Below, one piece after another: positions 1 through 15,300 of a stretch of 64,000 nucleotides of DNA. Location: positions 117,242,001 through 117,306,000 of the forward strand of contig OX597817.1 in assembly GCA_951406725.2 (NCBI GenBank). The letters run 5' to 3'. The DNA is from Octopus vulgaris (taxonomy: Eukaryota). A model generated the notes under the pieces. The model saw nothing but the letters and a program-made list of their open reading frames with translations, did no database searches and was not told where the DNA came from. The first letter of the stretch is position 1. Every line of letters starts with the position of its first letter. Both the position numbers and the translations under genes were made by a program.

Positions 1-675
1 TTCCTGCTGTAGCTATAGCTCGAAATCTGTATGTATTTCCTTATGTCAAATATCAGCCATGAAATAAGAATCATACGCATATTGAAATTATTTTGCTTTG
101 TATTAATTAGTCTGAGAAGAAAGATTATAAATTTAATCGGAACATTTATTTAGATCCCTAGCTTTAATTCATTTCAGAGGGGGAAAGAAATACTGCAGGG
201 CATCTTAAAAAAATGTGTCGGAAGAGAAAGGTAGTTCAGCATGAAATGCTGTAGGTGAAGTTGTTGCTTTTGTTGGTTTATAAGAACAAATCAGATGAGC
301 AGAATAATGATGTAAAAAATTTCCCATTTTTAACAACCCGTCTTCCTTTTGAGTATTGCGTATCTAGGAGTATATTATCCGATGTTCACCCCACTTTTCA
401 AAACTTTAGTGGGATTTTGCACGTCGAACGACCTCACAGGTGAATCCTTTACTGGGATTTCAAATGAAGAGTTGATGTGTCATGATTCTTGTTTTTAGGA
501 AGTGGATACAGAACTGGCGATTTCATGGAAATAGAAGCTAATGGTAGAAAGTTAAAGGGAGGACACGGTATGACAACAATCATATCTATATTTGAGTAAT
601 ATTTTATCAAATGACGATGGGATGAGTTATTGACTTGAATCCATGAACGCGAAGCTAACATAATAACTTACATTA

Positions 676-880
676 AGGCCACCTGCTTGGCAAAATTGCT
701 TGCGTGACGATAAAATGCTTTGCGGTATTTGTTTCAGCTCTTTACGTTCTGAGTTCAAATCCTACCAAGGTCAGCTTCGCCTTCCATCCTTTCTGGCTCG
801 ATAAAAGTACAGTATAAATCTAGTATAGAGTATCGACTAATTTTCCACCCACAAGACTGCTTGCCTCATGTCAAAAATAA
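676..880 (+). mobile_element. tRNA-derived SINE with Meta-type core
   Basis: acgttctgagttcaaatcc (B-box-like) followed by gccttccatcctttctggctcgataaaagtac; same family as the copy at 31515-31730. Confidence 0.75.
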
Positions 881-884
881 AAAT

Positions 885-1710
885 TAGTTAGTTAGTAAGT
901 TAATTTTTTGGCTCAAAAAGCAAAAAGCAAGGCCATGTAGGGGGACATGGAGTTATGTACAGGATAGTGTTCATGTAAAGAGATCAGACCACTTGAGGTC
1001 AAGGGAGGCTTTGAACCGAGCGGTCGTCGGTATCTTCACCATCTCGTCTTACAGCTTATTCCACGGATCCGCAACCCGGACGGAGAAAGCCCCTCTCCTT
1101 CGATTGAGATGAAATCGTCGCAGATACGGCTCTTCGGAATGACCCCGCAGCCGACGCTCTGGAGCAGGAGTGAAGAACAGCTCTTTCGAGAGGTTACACT
1201 TTCCACTTATGTTGTGAGCAAGAATGAGATCTCCACGGCATCGTCGTTTTTCTAGAGAATAAAGGTCGAGCGTCTTCAGCCTTTCTTCATAAGACAAATT
1301 CTTGAGACCAAGAACCATGCGGGTAGCCAGCTTCTGGACTCTTTCGAGATGCTGTATGTCTTTGAGGAGATAAGGAGAAGAGACTTGAATCCCGTACTCC
1401 AATAGGGGTCTCACCAGCGTGACATAGAGCGGTAGGAATATGGCTGCTGTGAGCATTCCGAATGACCGTCGAATCAAGAACAGAATTCCGCGTGCTTTGT
1501 TGGCAGCATGGACGCACTGGGCCGAAGGCGAAAAGGAGGAATCCACCAAAATACCCAGGTCCTTTACCTGATCGGTCCTCTCCAGCAGCAGAAAACCCGG
1601 CTCGAAATCAAGTTGAGTTGCAGGAGGAGAGCCAACAGGCAGATGACAGCACTTCGACACGTTCAGACACAGATCCCATTCGTTAGACTGAATTGGCAGA
1701 ATAGTTACTC
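885..1710 (-). mobile_element. 5'-truncated CR1-group LINE, RT C-terminus plus 3' tail
   Basis: ORF 1049..1660(-) has VKDLGILVD, AANKARGIL, LYVTLVRPLLEY, LERVQKLATRM, SYEERLKTLDL and RGDLI, typical of the CR1/L2/Jockey ORF2 C-terminus; short (TTAG)n-like tail at ~884-902. Confidence 0.9.
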
Positions 1711-3737
1711 ACTTGGATAAAATACTTCATAAATTTTATGTTCTACACTCAAAATCAACTGCGGTCCTGTTTATCTTTCATACATTTGGAATCGACAAAA
1801 GAAGGACCAGTTGGGCACTAGGATTAATGTACGTGACCCCACACATCCTTGCCTACCGTTACTACAACTGTTTCTGCTTTTTATACCACCAATATCTCAA
1901 GACCATCACTCCTATATTTTCTTCTTTTGGCAGTTATACTGCGACTCATTTTATCTTCTCAGCTCTTTCACTTCTCAGAACGGCAACGATTTTCCTATAG
2001 TCAGATGCATTTTACTTATAGTCGACTTAGAAATGTTGAAATTGCACACAGACCGTGTGAGATTTTGCAGCAAATGCCTGACACCCTATGTGGTTATTTT
2101 ATTTACTGAATGAAGAACAAATATAATTCGGCTGAAACCAGGGCTTATTAAGCAATGCATACACAATAAGTAATATAGATATATATATATACTGTTTGTA
2201 TAAAAAGAAAGAGATTTGCCGCAGCCAGAATATCTTAGTTTGTAGGTCAACAAGAAATGTTGCTGGTCTGAGACTAAGCACCAACATATTCGTATAGTCT
2301 ACAAACTCTATAACAAATATCCCTTCTCTCTCAGTGGCGTTTTAGATTTAGGTCCTCTTCCGCAGCTCTGTGCATTAAGTGTCAAACTTCGATACCCAGG
2401 TTCAGTCGGTTGCTACGGTGTTGGACATCCGTTCCCCGTAATGCAGACTTCCATTCATTTAGAAATGGGATTTTCGACCTGCTTCTTTTACTCCTGCAGT
2501 CAGCTGGTATCCAAGATATGGCTGTTTTGGCGTGGCGTTGATCTGTGTCACAGAAAAATATGGATGAACGGGTGGAAACAGTACTCTGCTACACTTTCTT
2601 GCAATAATCATGATCTCGTTCTGCTCAGAATCAGCTCATTTGTAACAAGGTAGCACCAGTTGATTCTCTAAATTTTTCTCGAGCACCATTGATGAAATGC
2701 ATTTAGTTTTTTCTCCGTCCCTAGTGTACTCTTCCAAGTCACACTGGCGTAGGTTGCAGTAAGCAGAACGATAGAGTTATAAAGATCTTGAAATACTGCC
2801 AAAATCCCAGTTACCAATTTTCTTCAATTATTGTAATATCATTATTTCACAACAATTATTTAATTGACATATTTTAAGCGCATCGTAATAAAGTATTTCT
2901 ACTGTATGTAGAATATCTGTGCACAATATATTCGTGTATGATACACACACTTATTTAATATATAACTGCAATCAAATAAGTGAAATAAAGTAAAACGAAT
3001 ATCATTTGCTTTTGTTTTATTGACAGGCGTCTAATTTTTAAGTAACAATAGAATGAAGTGTTTGGTATACTTATAACTGAACATAAAATCAATAAGACAC
3101 ATTGATATGTAGAAATAATTATAAAAATATAAACAACCATGTTTTTTTTTCTTATAATTTCGATTTATTTTTAACATGATTTATTTTAACATGAAGTTTT
3201 GACATATTGATCAAACTACTTGATATTAAGCAGCTTATGAATTGGTTTTTAGTTTAGAGATTATCACAACTACGAGGAAACGGAAACACGATTTTCTAAA
3301 GTATTCAATATTTCTTTTACTTGAATATAGACAGTGAATCCACTCATTAGACATATACATTGTTTCAGCAAAATAAGATGAGTCGCTAAATGCATATTTC
3401 ATTAACTTCCAGATTCAGTCACTTAAAAGATATAAATATAGTGATAGGAGAGAGATAGATAGTAACATTCTCCGGTCCAGTTATATAAGGAACCTCTCTG
3501 CTGATGTGTTGAAGCTATCATCTTCTGGGTAATCTTCTGGGTAATCTTCATAATTTCTTGTCCTGTCATCTCCCGAGTATAACTGTTGTGTAAAAAAAAA
3601 ATCCTCTCGGAAACAGCCTAGTGATGGGTTCGCTTTCACTGAGTGGCTCTTTTGATAGGAATTATCTACATGTAGTTTTGTACTGAACGAAGAGTTGTGT
3701 GTGAAATTTTATGGACAGTAACATCGGATTGATGTGC

Positions 3738-3738
<1 letters not shown>

Positions 3739-3791
<53 letters not shown>

Positions 3792-3902
3792 ATAATAACG
3801 CAGATAGGTTGAAGTTCACTAAAGCTGTTTCAGACGTGTTCTTTGTTGATGAACAAAAGTGTTACGTCATCCAAAGCAGAGAAAAACTTTTTCAATATAT
3901 AC

Positions 3903-3948
<46 letters not shown>
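3739..3948. repeat. (TA)n/(TG)n and (AG)n microsatellites
   Basis: Read directly from the sequence. Confidence 0.95.
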
Positions 3949-3949
<1 letters not shown>

Positions 3950-4047
3950 AAAATAAATGTGATGAATTGAAGCAGAGTTGAAAAGGAATACATTCTTATT
4001 TAAAAGTCATTGTAAGTGGATCGCTGAATTTATCCTTTTTTAAGAAG

Positions 4048-5968
<1,921 letters not shown>

Positions 5969-6530
5969 GCCGTACAGCTCACTGGCTCTCGTGGAGTCTG
6001 ATCTTAACTAATTAGAAGCTTTATCATGTTTTTATACCAAGACATTGTTTTGTCTTGGTATAAAAGATGGGCTACATCAAATATTCTGCTCAATGCCCAC
6101 AGATTTGCTTGTCAGTTGTTTGACCATAGCCAGTTGAGCATGTTACTTAGTGGTTGACGATATGTGCATCGGTGATCACGAGTAAAAATTATGGGGGAGA
6201 ATCATAGCCGTGTGTTGAGAAGAATTCTTTGGGGTATGAATAATTCACCTCTGGAAACATAGGTGTTTCCTTCAACATTCTTAAACAACCCTTATTCAAG
6301 GATCTTTTGAGTGGGATGGCGGCTACTCTGAACTGAAGAAAATTCTAACTAGGGCAAACTTGAAAGGTGCTGTGCTGTTTATCTTGATGCGAAATCAACA
6401 CATCATGCACATATGCTTGTGATGCAGATGCCTCGTGTACCCTTATCAGACGTGTAGTCATGATGGGTAAACTCGGCTTCGTATATTTTACCCCAGTGTC
6501 ACATGGCATGCACTGCTCTCTCACTCAATA
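5969..6530. mobile_element. Non-coding interspersed repeat sitting within AAT arrays
   Basis: 6355-6530 aligns by eye with 30950-31135 (shared ttatcagacg-gtagtcatgatgggta...ggcttcgtatattt...ggcatgc...tcactcaataataat). Both copies abut (AAT)n. Confidence 0.7.
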
Positions 6531-6551
6531 ATAATGATATTGATAAAAAAA

Positions 6552-6594
<43 letters not shown>

Positions 6595-6606
6595 TGATAA
6601 TAATAA

Positions 6607-8870
6607 CCAAAAGAAAAAGAATAAAAATTGTCTAGGGGAGATAATAAAAAAGTTCTTAAGGCCTTCTATCATGCTATATATTTCCTACAATGAAATCTAA
6701 TGCTGTACAAACCTACTATAACTGGAGACAGAAATACCTTGAAATAAGACCCTACATAGACAGTAACAAACTTGCCGATGTCAGAAGAAACATTATGAAA
6801 AAGAAATTACTAAGTTAAGTAGAGACTGACTAAATTAAACAATCAGTAAGTGATAAAATGAACGAAGTTACAACTAAGGAAGATACTACAGAGGAAATAA
6901 TCTTAGACCAACCTAGGTCTGATGAAAATGCAATAATGATTGAAAGAGTGTAACTGATAAGAAAAGTGAAATACACACTGAAACAACCATAAATACTAAG
7001 GAAGATGAAAATCAAATACATGACGAATGTCAGACAGAAATTCACCCAACAGAACTACGTGATCTAAAAAAATTAAATAATGATTGAATGGCACAAAATT
7101 AAAAAGAAACAGTAGGAATGACGCAATTCAAAACCAAGACCTAAATGTTATTGTTAAAATACGCCTTGCACTTAAGTATATAATTTCAGCTAATGATGTT
7201 GATATTATAGTTTTCAACCACACGTACTATGCATCCGCGAAAATCTCAACGATTTTATGTGGTGAAAAGATTAGAAATCGACAAAATTCCCACAAAATGC
7301 CTACTTGGGAAGAGCGTGTTCAACACCAAATTCAGCTAATTAGGTGTGCCATAGAATGTTTAAAAAAAAAGCTTAAATTTTACAAGACTATCAAACCAAC
7401 AAAAATCCGAAAATTAAAGAAAAATATATCAATAGCACCATAGAAACTATCAAGCAAAAGGTATATGCTAAAGCTGCCCGCATAGCAAGGTATGGAAAGC
7501 TCGTTAGATTCTTCAATGACATATTTAAAAATAATCCTAACAATTTTTACAAGAAGATAGGGAAAATACTAGTTACAATAAAGTAAAGTCTGTCTCATCA
7601 AAAGAAGAAGTGTAGGAATTTTGGAATAAAATTTGGGCAGAAGAAAAAGCATACAATGAAAAGGCTTCTTGGATTGATAGAATATCTACTGAGTTAGACT
7701 CCTTACAAGAGTAAAAGTGGGAGGGTATAAAGGTAGAGGATGTAAGATCTGCTCCCAGGAAGTGAAATAAATGGCAGTCTCCAGGAAAGGATAAAATTGC
7801 TGACTTCTGGTTGATTGCCTTCCCAGGGAGCCATGAACTGCTAACAAACCTTTACAACAATGTTTTGTAACAACCTAGTATGATTCCATCTTGGCTAGTT
7901 AATGGTAGATCATTTCATCTTCAAAAAAATAAAGAAACAAATGAACCAAAAGAATTATAGACGTGACTTACAGTTTCAATATCTTGACAGAAAAATACGA
8001 AAATTGTTGACAATGCATAGCATGCAGCGCCATAAGGCAGATATAGAACGGCTTTACCTGCCAAGAAAATTGCCCTAGTCACCTACGTGAAAAACTATGA
8101 TGACTGTATATTAAAGCTTGTCTCAAAGCATGAAAACAAGAAAACATATTCAGTAACAAAACTGTTTCTAAGTGAATTCCAAATACAACAAATCCTAGAA
8201 TTATACGTATGGGAAACAAGCACAGAAAAAGTTAAGCGTATGAAAACCCGTGCTAAAACTGCTGCCTTAGATATTCTTACTGATAAATGGAAAGTAAAAC
8301 CTCTCAGTGGAAAATACTCAAAGCGAGCTAATAATGCTGATGTTGACAAAACACTTAACCATAAGTGGTTAGTGTCTGCTAGCTTAAAATCAGAAACAGA
8401 AGGGTTTATCATAGCGGCACATGATCAACATATTATCTACCAGGCCAACATTAAAGAACGGCAGTATCCTAACATGTTTTTGTAAACAACAAAATAATAC
8501 CATTGATCAGGTTAACTCCATGTGCAGTCGTCTTGCTCCTACAGAGTGTCTCAACAGGCATGATAAAGCAGCACAGTATATTCGCCGGGTAATCTGCAAA
8601 ATCCCCCAAAATGGCAGAAATTCAAAAGACAGTGCGCAGTAGAACTGCCCATATTCTACGTGAACTATTGTCTGCGTAATCTCAAATTTTAACACAATCT
8701 CATAATTTTCTCATATTTTCTTAAACATTCTCTAGAACAATACTATGTGCAAAACAAAATATGGAACACCTTAGGAATAACACCGACATGAACTTCTAAC
8801 TTGTCTTTTGGGGTCTCTGGGTGAGACTTCAAGTCAACTTGTACTAATTCAAAGCAAAAGTGAAACATAT
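6607..8870 (+). mobile_element. Dong/R4-clade retrotransposon B, internally deleted
   Basis: N-terminal NKLADVRRNI, MPTWEERV, SPGKDKIADFWL (RT start), then a jump to KADIERLYLPRK, LKSETEGFIIAAHDQ and NRHDKAAQYI. The RT core is missing. Ends in (AAT)n at 8871-8946. Confidence 0.85.
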
Positions 8871-8876
8871 AATAAA

Positions 8877-8935
<59 letters not shown>

Positions 8936-8946
8936 TAATAATAATA

Positions 8947-10258
8947 CGGTATATACCTTCAGTGCTGATATCAGAATGGAGCTCGCACTGAGAAATTGTG
9001 GCGTATTATCAAATGTATGGACGGGCTAACGAAACAGGTAGACGGGATGGGCTATAAATACTTGGGGATTCTGGAAAAGGATAAATTGATGGCGAAATAA
9101 ATGGCAAAAAATTTAAGGTGGAGTACTTCCGGAGACTGAGACTGATCCTTAAGTCGAAATTAAATGGACAAAGTAAGATCGAATCTATCAACACCTGGGC
9201 TGCTTCACACATTAAATATGGAACAGGAGTAATCGCATGGACAGTAGACGAACTAAACAACTTAGACAGAAAGGCAAGGAAGTTGCTAACAAGATATGGG
9301 TCACTCCACCCAAAAGTGACACGGACAGACTGTATGTACCAAGACAAAGAGCGGGGAGAGGACGGCATTACAGCAGAAGAAAACAACATAGCATGGTATG
9401 TAGAAAAATGCCACAGAACCGCTATTATTAGAGATAGGAATGTCAGACTTGTGTAGGATGAAAGATTGCAAAAATAAAGCACTATACAAGAAATTGAAAA
9501 CAAATGAAACTGAAAATAGGTGGCTAAAGAAAGGAATACATGATCAATTTCATGGGGATGTTGGAGATAAGACAGACATAGATAATAGATGGCCGTGGAT
9601 GACTAAAATTGATCTAAAATCGGAAATGGAGGCTCTAATCTATGCTGGCCAAGAGCAAGCATTAAGAGCAAGCTACATAAAATACAGAACAGACAACACA
9701 ACAGAAAGCGATAAGTGCATAATCTGTGGACAAAACCGTGAAACCGTATGCCAGATTACCAGCCAATGTACGCCACTAGCCCAGAAGGAATATAAGAGAC
9801 TCCACGACAATATAGCCAGGCTTGTCAACTAGACACTTAGCAACAAGTATGTATTTGACGGAGTAAAGAATTGGTACGACCACAAACTTGAAGGCATAGT
9901 CGAGGCAGGAAATGCAAAGATCCAATGGAATTTTATAATTCAGTGCGACCATGAGGTAGAGAATAGGAAGCCAGACACAGTCTTAATTGAGAAAGGAATT
10001 AAACTATGCTGGATCATAGATATAGCATGCCCAGCTGACAACAAAGTATACGATAAGGAAGAAAGAAAAGTCGAGAGATATGACAGGTTAGCTTGGGAAT
10101 TTAAGCAGTTGTGGTCGATGAAGAAGGTAGCATAATACCAATAATTGTCGGAGTAAAAATCTCGAGAAGTACATGGAACAAATAGGAGTTGCAATGAGAG
10201 TGGAGCAATTGCAGCTGATACCATTGTACATCTCCAGTGTTAGAAGCTGTGCAAAGGC
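8947..10258 (+). mobile_element. Dong/R4-clade retrotransposon C, 5'-truncated
   Basis: VYTFSADIRME, YKYLGIL, EYFRRLRLILKSKLNG, LKSEMEALIYAGQEQAL, C-x2-C, EYKRLHDNIAR and RKPDTVL...IIDIACPAD...KVERYD. Followed by (AAT)n. Confidence 0.9.
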
Positions 10259-10312
10259 AATAATAATAATAATAATAATAATAGTAATAATAATCACCAT
10301 CATCATCATCAT

Positions 10313-10347
<35 letters not shown>

Positions 10348-10370
10348 TATTATTATTATTTTTATTATTG
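10259..10370. repeat. (AAT)n/(CAT)n/(TAT)n compound microsatellite
   Basis: Read directly from the sequence. Confidence 0.95.
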
Positions 10371-11009
10371 TCTCTCGGCTATATTTCCAATTTTAGTTAT
10401 TATTTTCTTTACTTTTCTCTATGCTCTAGGGGAGAAGGGTACCACATTTAATGAAGAATTGTCTGTAGTGTGTTAGTGAATTAAAAGTTGCCAATCTGTA
10501 AAATTATCTATTTTGGATGCGATATAATGCAGGACCACTGTTACAACTATGTGGGCAATATTTCAGCAATAATCAAATTTGAATTTCGAGTTAGAGTTTA
10601 AACTCTTTACATTTCTAACAATAATATGTAGTGCCTTGTATATAATTTCCGCCATGTAATGTTTGCCACATCTAGATTAGTCAGAGAAAATTCATAACCG
10701 TCTGCGTAGTAGGAAAATATTTCCAATCTAATTTTCTAGCTTGTTAAACATAGCAGTTAGATTTAATTTACATTACAGTTTAGAGGTTTAAGTCCATTTT
10801 AGATTAAGGTAGGATTAAGAAGTTTGCTTTGCAAGCATCTGGTTCTCAGTAAATTCCTACTGCTTAGCATATTCGACAAGTACTCATTGCTATAAGCAAA
10901 GAGTTGATCAATATTTTATCAGTCATATTTGTAAAACAAGCACTGCATTTGAAGCTAGTAACTTACATAGTTATGGACTGTAGCTTATTGTGCAGCCGCA
11001 AGAAACCAG

Positions 11010-11165
11010 GTATGGATATGTGATAAGGAATCTGCGTATCAAGCACGTGGTTCCGGGTTCACTTTCACTTTGTGGCACCTTGGGGAGGTACTTCTACTAT
11101 ATAACCGGACCAACCAACGTCTTATGAGTGGATTTGGTTGAAAGACACTGAAAGAAGTTCATCGC
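11010..11165 (+). mobile_element. tRNA-derived SINE (family of 47858-48260), 5' part
   Basis: cgtggttccgggttcactt...gtggcaccttggggaggtacttctactat...gagtggatttgg matches the 47.9 kb copy. Confidence 0.7.
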
Positions 11166-11504
11166 ATTATGTATGAATATGTGTGTGTGTGTGTATATAT
11201 GTATGTATCCATGTGTGTATGTATTTATGTATCCATGTGACTATTTCTTGTCCAAGGTAATTGTCCCCTGACTGAATTAACAGTGCCGACAGCTGAAAAT
11301 ATATTTGTGCAAGAAATGAAAAATTATCTATGTTTAAAGATTGGAATATACGATCACTATGATATGGAGATTAAAATGGAAATATTCCCTGACGCTACTA
11401 GTGTCTTGGAAATGATCTTAAAATATGCAGAAATCTACATCACGAAAATGTCGGCAGTTGGGATTATTCACAGTATATATGAAAAAACATTACTACTGTA
11501 CACA

Positions 11505-11695
11505 CTATACGGCCAGTAATTTAGGGAGAAGTCAATTACATGGAGATCAGTGCTCACTTGGTGCTTATTTTATCGACCTCGACATGATGAAAGGCAAAGT
11601 CAACTTCCGCGGAATTTGAACTCAGACAGTAAAAGGCGGATAAAACGCCACTAAACATTTTATCCGATGTGCTAATAATCTTCCAGTTCCCTACC
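11505..11695 (-). mobile_element. Meta-core SINE
   Basis: ttattttatcgacctc...gatgaaaggcaaagtcaac...ggaatttgaactcag is the reverse complement of the family core. Confidence 0.8.
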
Positions 11696-12359
11696 ACAGA
11701 CACTGAACACATATTACGAAGGGTATCTTCAATACAATATGAAACTAAGGCGGGAATGAATATTTCATTGTACGTACCCAAAGCGCACAAAGCTGCGTTC
11801 AGTTATGTAGGGAAAACAATAAAAAAATTAAATAATTGAAATATTAATGACAATAAGAAAAACAACAAAAACATCAAAATTTAGTAATTGAACAAAATTT
11901 CATAAAATATTCATATTGTGGCAATTACTTTCATGAAACATCCAGCTAATTAGTGCTTTTCAGTGATATTTTAGAAAGAAAACATTGCATTTTAAAATAC
12001 GTTCTATTAATTTTAATTTGTTAATTAGTTTTTAATCATTTTTGTTAATTAGTGATAAGTATATGTGTAGTGATTGTACTGTTTTACTTTAAGTCATTTA
12101 TTTTATTTTCATTTCTAAACCTGTCCTTTATATATTTATGTTTTATTAGCCTAAAATTTATGAAAGAGTAAATCCTTGCCATGAGCTAGAATAAAATATA
12201 TTTAATTTGCTGTGTGAATGAACATTTTTGAAAAATGAACGTAAATTAATGATTTAGAAATAAAAAAAACAACATAAGATCAGAGTATTTAAGAGATTGA
12301 TAAATCCAATATTTTTCATGAAGTTGCTCAAGTTTCATTAAACTTGTGTTAATTAATCT

Positions 12360-15300
12360 CCAGGATATGCATCTGTTTATTGTATATAACAAGCATTCAA
12401 CGATAAGCGGATACTAATTTTTCTATGCGGCATAACGATGGATATAACAGAATGATGCTTAACGGTATAAATCCCAAATTAATGTCTTTAGACTATTAAT
12501 TTGACTGTTCACAATTTCAGTAGTGAAATGAAGTTGAAAATCTACTCCTGTAAATTGGTTCTAACAGATAACGAACTCCACAAGGTCAAAGTCAGTTTGT
12601 CATCAATATACATTTAATGTATAAGAAGAAAAGTATCGGAAGAAACTAATTACAACTTCTGTCTTTTCAGTTACAATAAGTCCATGAATGTTTGCCAAAG
12701 ATCATCGTTGATTATAGCCATTTTAGTCTACAAGAATATCTAATCTCTTTTCGTGGTTTTAATACATCGAAATCTAACAATTCTTGCGTTTCAATTCAGA
12801 GAATGATGATTGTAAAATATAACTGAATAACATATTCACTTTATTAACATCAATATTTATATTTTATTGGATTAATGGAGAAGATTGCAGGCTCTTGTGT
12901 TTCGGTAAGAATGGTGAAATAAGATACATTTCAGTTGAATGCATTAACGTCGATAACGTCAATGTCAAACAGGCAGTTTCGGACAGTAATACAACAAGGC
13001 CTTAGCGGCGAATAAGATCCCAAAATGAATATATTTTGTAGTATGGTATGACAATGTAAGAAATGAACAGCGCAATACTTTAACTGAGGTGTTCCTTCTC
13101 TTATGATAATATTACAGTCTCAAGCGTTAGATTAAATCCCACTCACTTTGAAGGATAACTTTCGAAGTCCTGGTGGTTTTATTTTGCCAAGCGTTAGACA
13201 TAACTCTACGTTTTTCTTCCCATTTACCAATAATTTTCTTCCACATTAATACTTGGAAAATTTTAATGGAGAATAGAGACTCAAAATCTGCAATGTAGTT
13301 TCAAATTTCAATTAAAGAGGTCTTTCAACAAAAAGTCACTCCTTAATAAGTACGAATTTAGCATCATACTTATTGTCAGTTCCTTACAACTAAAGTGTCT
13401 TGTATTTAGTCAAGCATGTCTAATACTGAATCATCTTTTAACTATTATGTGTAAGAAGGCTCCCACATTATCGTTTATGATGTGAGCACATTCGTTGAAA
13501 TGAAATTTTCATCCATACCTTCATGGCATAGTTTTGTTATTATTAATAGATTTTTATATCAATGATAACCTTTTACTTGTACATATTTATTGAGGTTTTT
13601 ATCAGAGTTTAGGCATCCAGTAATTGTTTATAGCCCTGTTCTAAATTTTATGCAAACAAAGATTGTTTTTTTAATTTACTTTTTATCTATATCGAGGCTT
13701 CTATATCTAAATAGTGTACTGCTAGTAACACGAGCGTAGTTTCCCTAATTTTATAAAATCTGACACCTAGAAGATATTTTTTTACATTAGATGGCCTTTG
13801 AGAAGACTAAATATTACACTAGCTAATCTTTCCAATCCCATAGAATAAAACTTCTGGGACTTATCATGTTGGTGGGGCTTTGTAAAACATATTTTCCAAG
13901 ACAATGAAGAGATAGCAAGATTTAATATTAGATTTTGCGACGCTTCTGACCTTCCAACCAAGATGAAATAATAGCAAATGTGAATTCGCTAATATTGAAT
14001 TCTCAGAATCTCTTATGTTGTGGACAATATCTTATTATGTGTCGCCAAATGGAATTGACAATTTAGTGCTAGATGTCAACAAAAGCAGTAAAATTTCGAA
14101 GATGCCAAATAAAAACTTATTGCTACTTATGTTAAGGTATATAACAATTTAATTTATTAATATATCTGCATCAAACTCTATCTATTCTGCTTAATTCCTC
14201 AAATCCTTCAGGAGTTCCAGGCATTGCTGCCGTTTTTCTTAGTTGTATATGTTGCCATTTCACACATTCTATTGTATATTCTTTCAGATAAATAACAAAG
14301 CTTTGCAGCATTTATCAAGCCGTTTCAGGTCATATTTTCGGTGAGAATAGCTTGAAGTTTTGAAAGAATGTTGGAACTTATTTCTTAATTTGGTTTTCAT
14401 AATATTCATGCTGTTGAATAATCCTTCTGCCTCGAGATGTGATGGAAAATGATATTCAGATATTTAGAACAAATGATGCAACATCTATAAAAGGATTTTC
14501 TCCACTAGAATTTCGTAGTAAAAAAAATATAGTCCAAAATTTTTATTTCGTTTATTGTGTGCCTATTTAAGATAATGACTACTTTCCTACTGTAATTCAA
14601 CGCTTTCTTTAACAGTCTCATTTAATATCATAGCTTCAAAGAGAGAAATATTCGACTCTTTTATGTCTCAACGGATTTTCGACAGTAAAAAAATGTTTAG
14701 TAAACCTAATTATGTTAATATTTTCTTCAAGTAATTTTCTGAGTAAGTTCCAAAGTTAGGTACTATATATTGAGTATTTTCCTCTTATTTTTTATTCCGC
14801 ATTTTAATATCCTTGCCTACAAATTTTTGCTTTATTGCTCTTACGCTTGTACCAAATATTAATATTAGGATACAAAACTTCATTCTCAATTTTATATAAA
14901 ACCAAGTGATTATTTTCAGTTTTTTGACAGTACTAAAGTATTTATTTGAAATTATTTGGATCAAATGAGAAATTCGTGAGAATAACTTAGTTTTATCTTA
15001 GTTAATTTGATGTTTTGAATAGGCTTCAACATTTGGTTGAAAAATTGAAACCAACATAAAACATATTCGTTTAATCACACTACTTTTCATGTGGAAACAG
15101 AGAGATAAAGCTTTTATCTATTATACTCATAATTTTAGCGTAAAATGTTCTGTTAGGTAGCTGATTCAAAATATGATCATGACAGTTTCGACAATCTCCT
15201 AGTTTTGAACAGCAGTTTATGAACTTAAGTGGAGATTTTCCATTCCCAATAACCTACAAATGAAAATTACAGCTGTTTCCTTGGTCGACGAATTAGGAAA

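Larger units (their letters stand above)
1..3000 (+). pseudogene. Heavily decayed protocadherin-like relic, copy 1 (5' part probably upstream of the window; interrupted by a SINE and a LINE at ~680-1710)
   Basis: Broken-frame peptides in the order expected for a cephalopod protocadherin ectodomain: EIRIIRILKLFCFVLI at 61 (cf. end of EC1), KNFPFLTT at ~315, RINVRDPTHPCLP then TVTTTVSAFYTTNISRP at 1820-1905 (cf. A-x-D-G-G-x-P-P-L...N-x-P), SQNGNDFPIVR at ~1974. Canonical DRE/DxNDN motifs are eroded, so the assignment rests on residue similarity and spacing. Confidence 0.4.

Noticed and set aside
3520-3549. Tandem 12-bp duplication tcttctgggtaa x2
   Set aside because: Ordinary slippage duplication with no supporting context.
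10440-10800. Minus-strand YAD-like peptide suggesting an RT relic
   Set aside because: A single degenerate motif without flanking RT motifs is not enough to call it.
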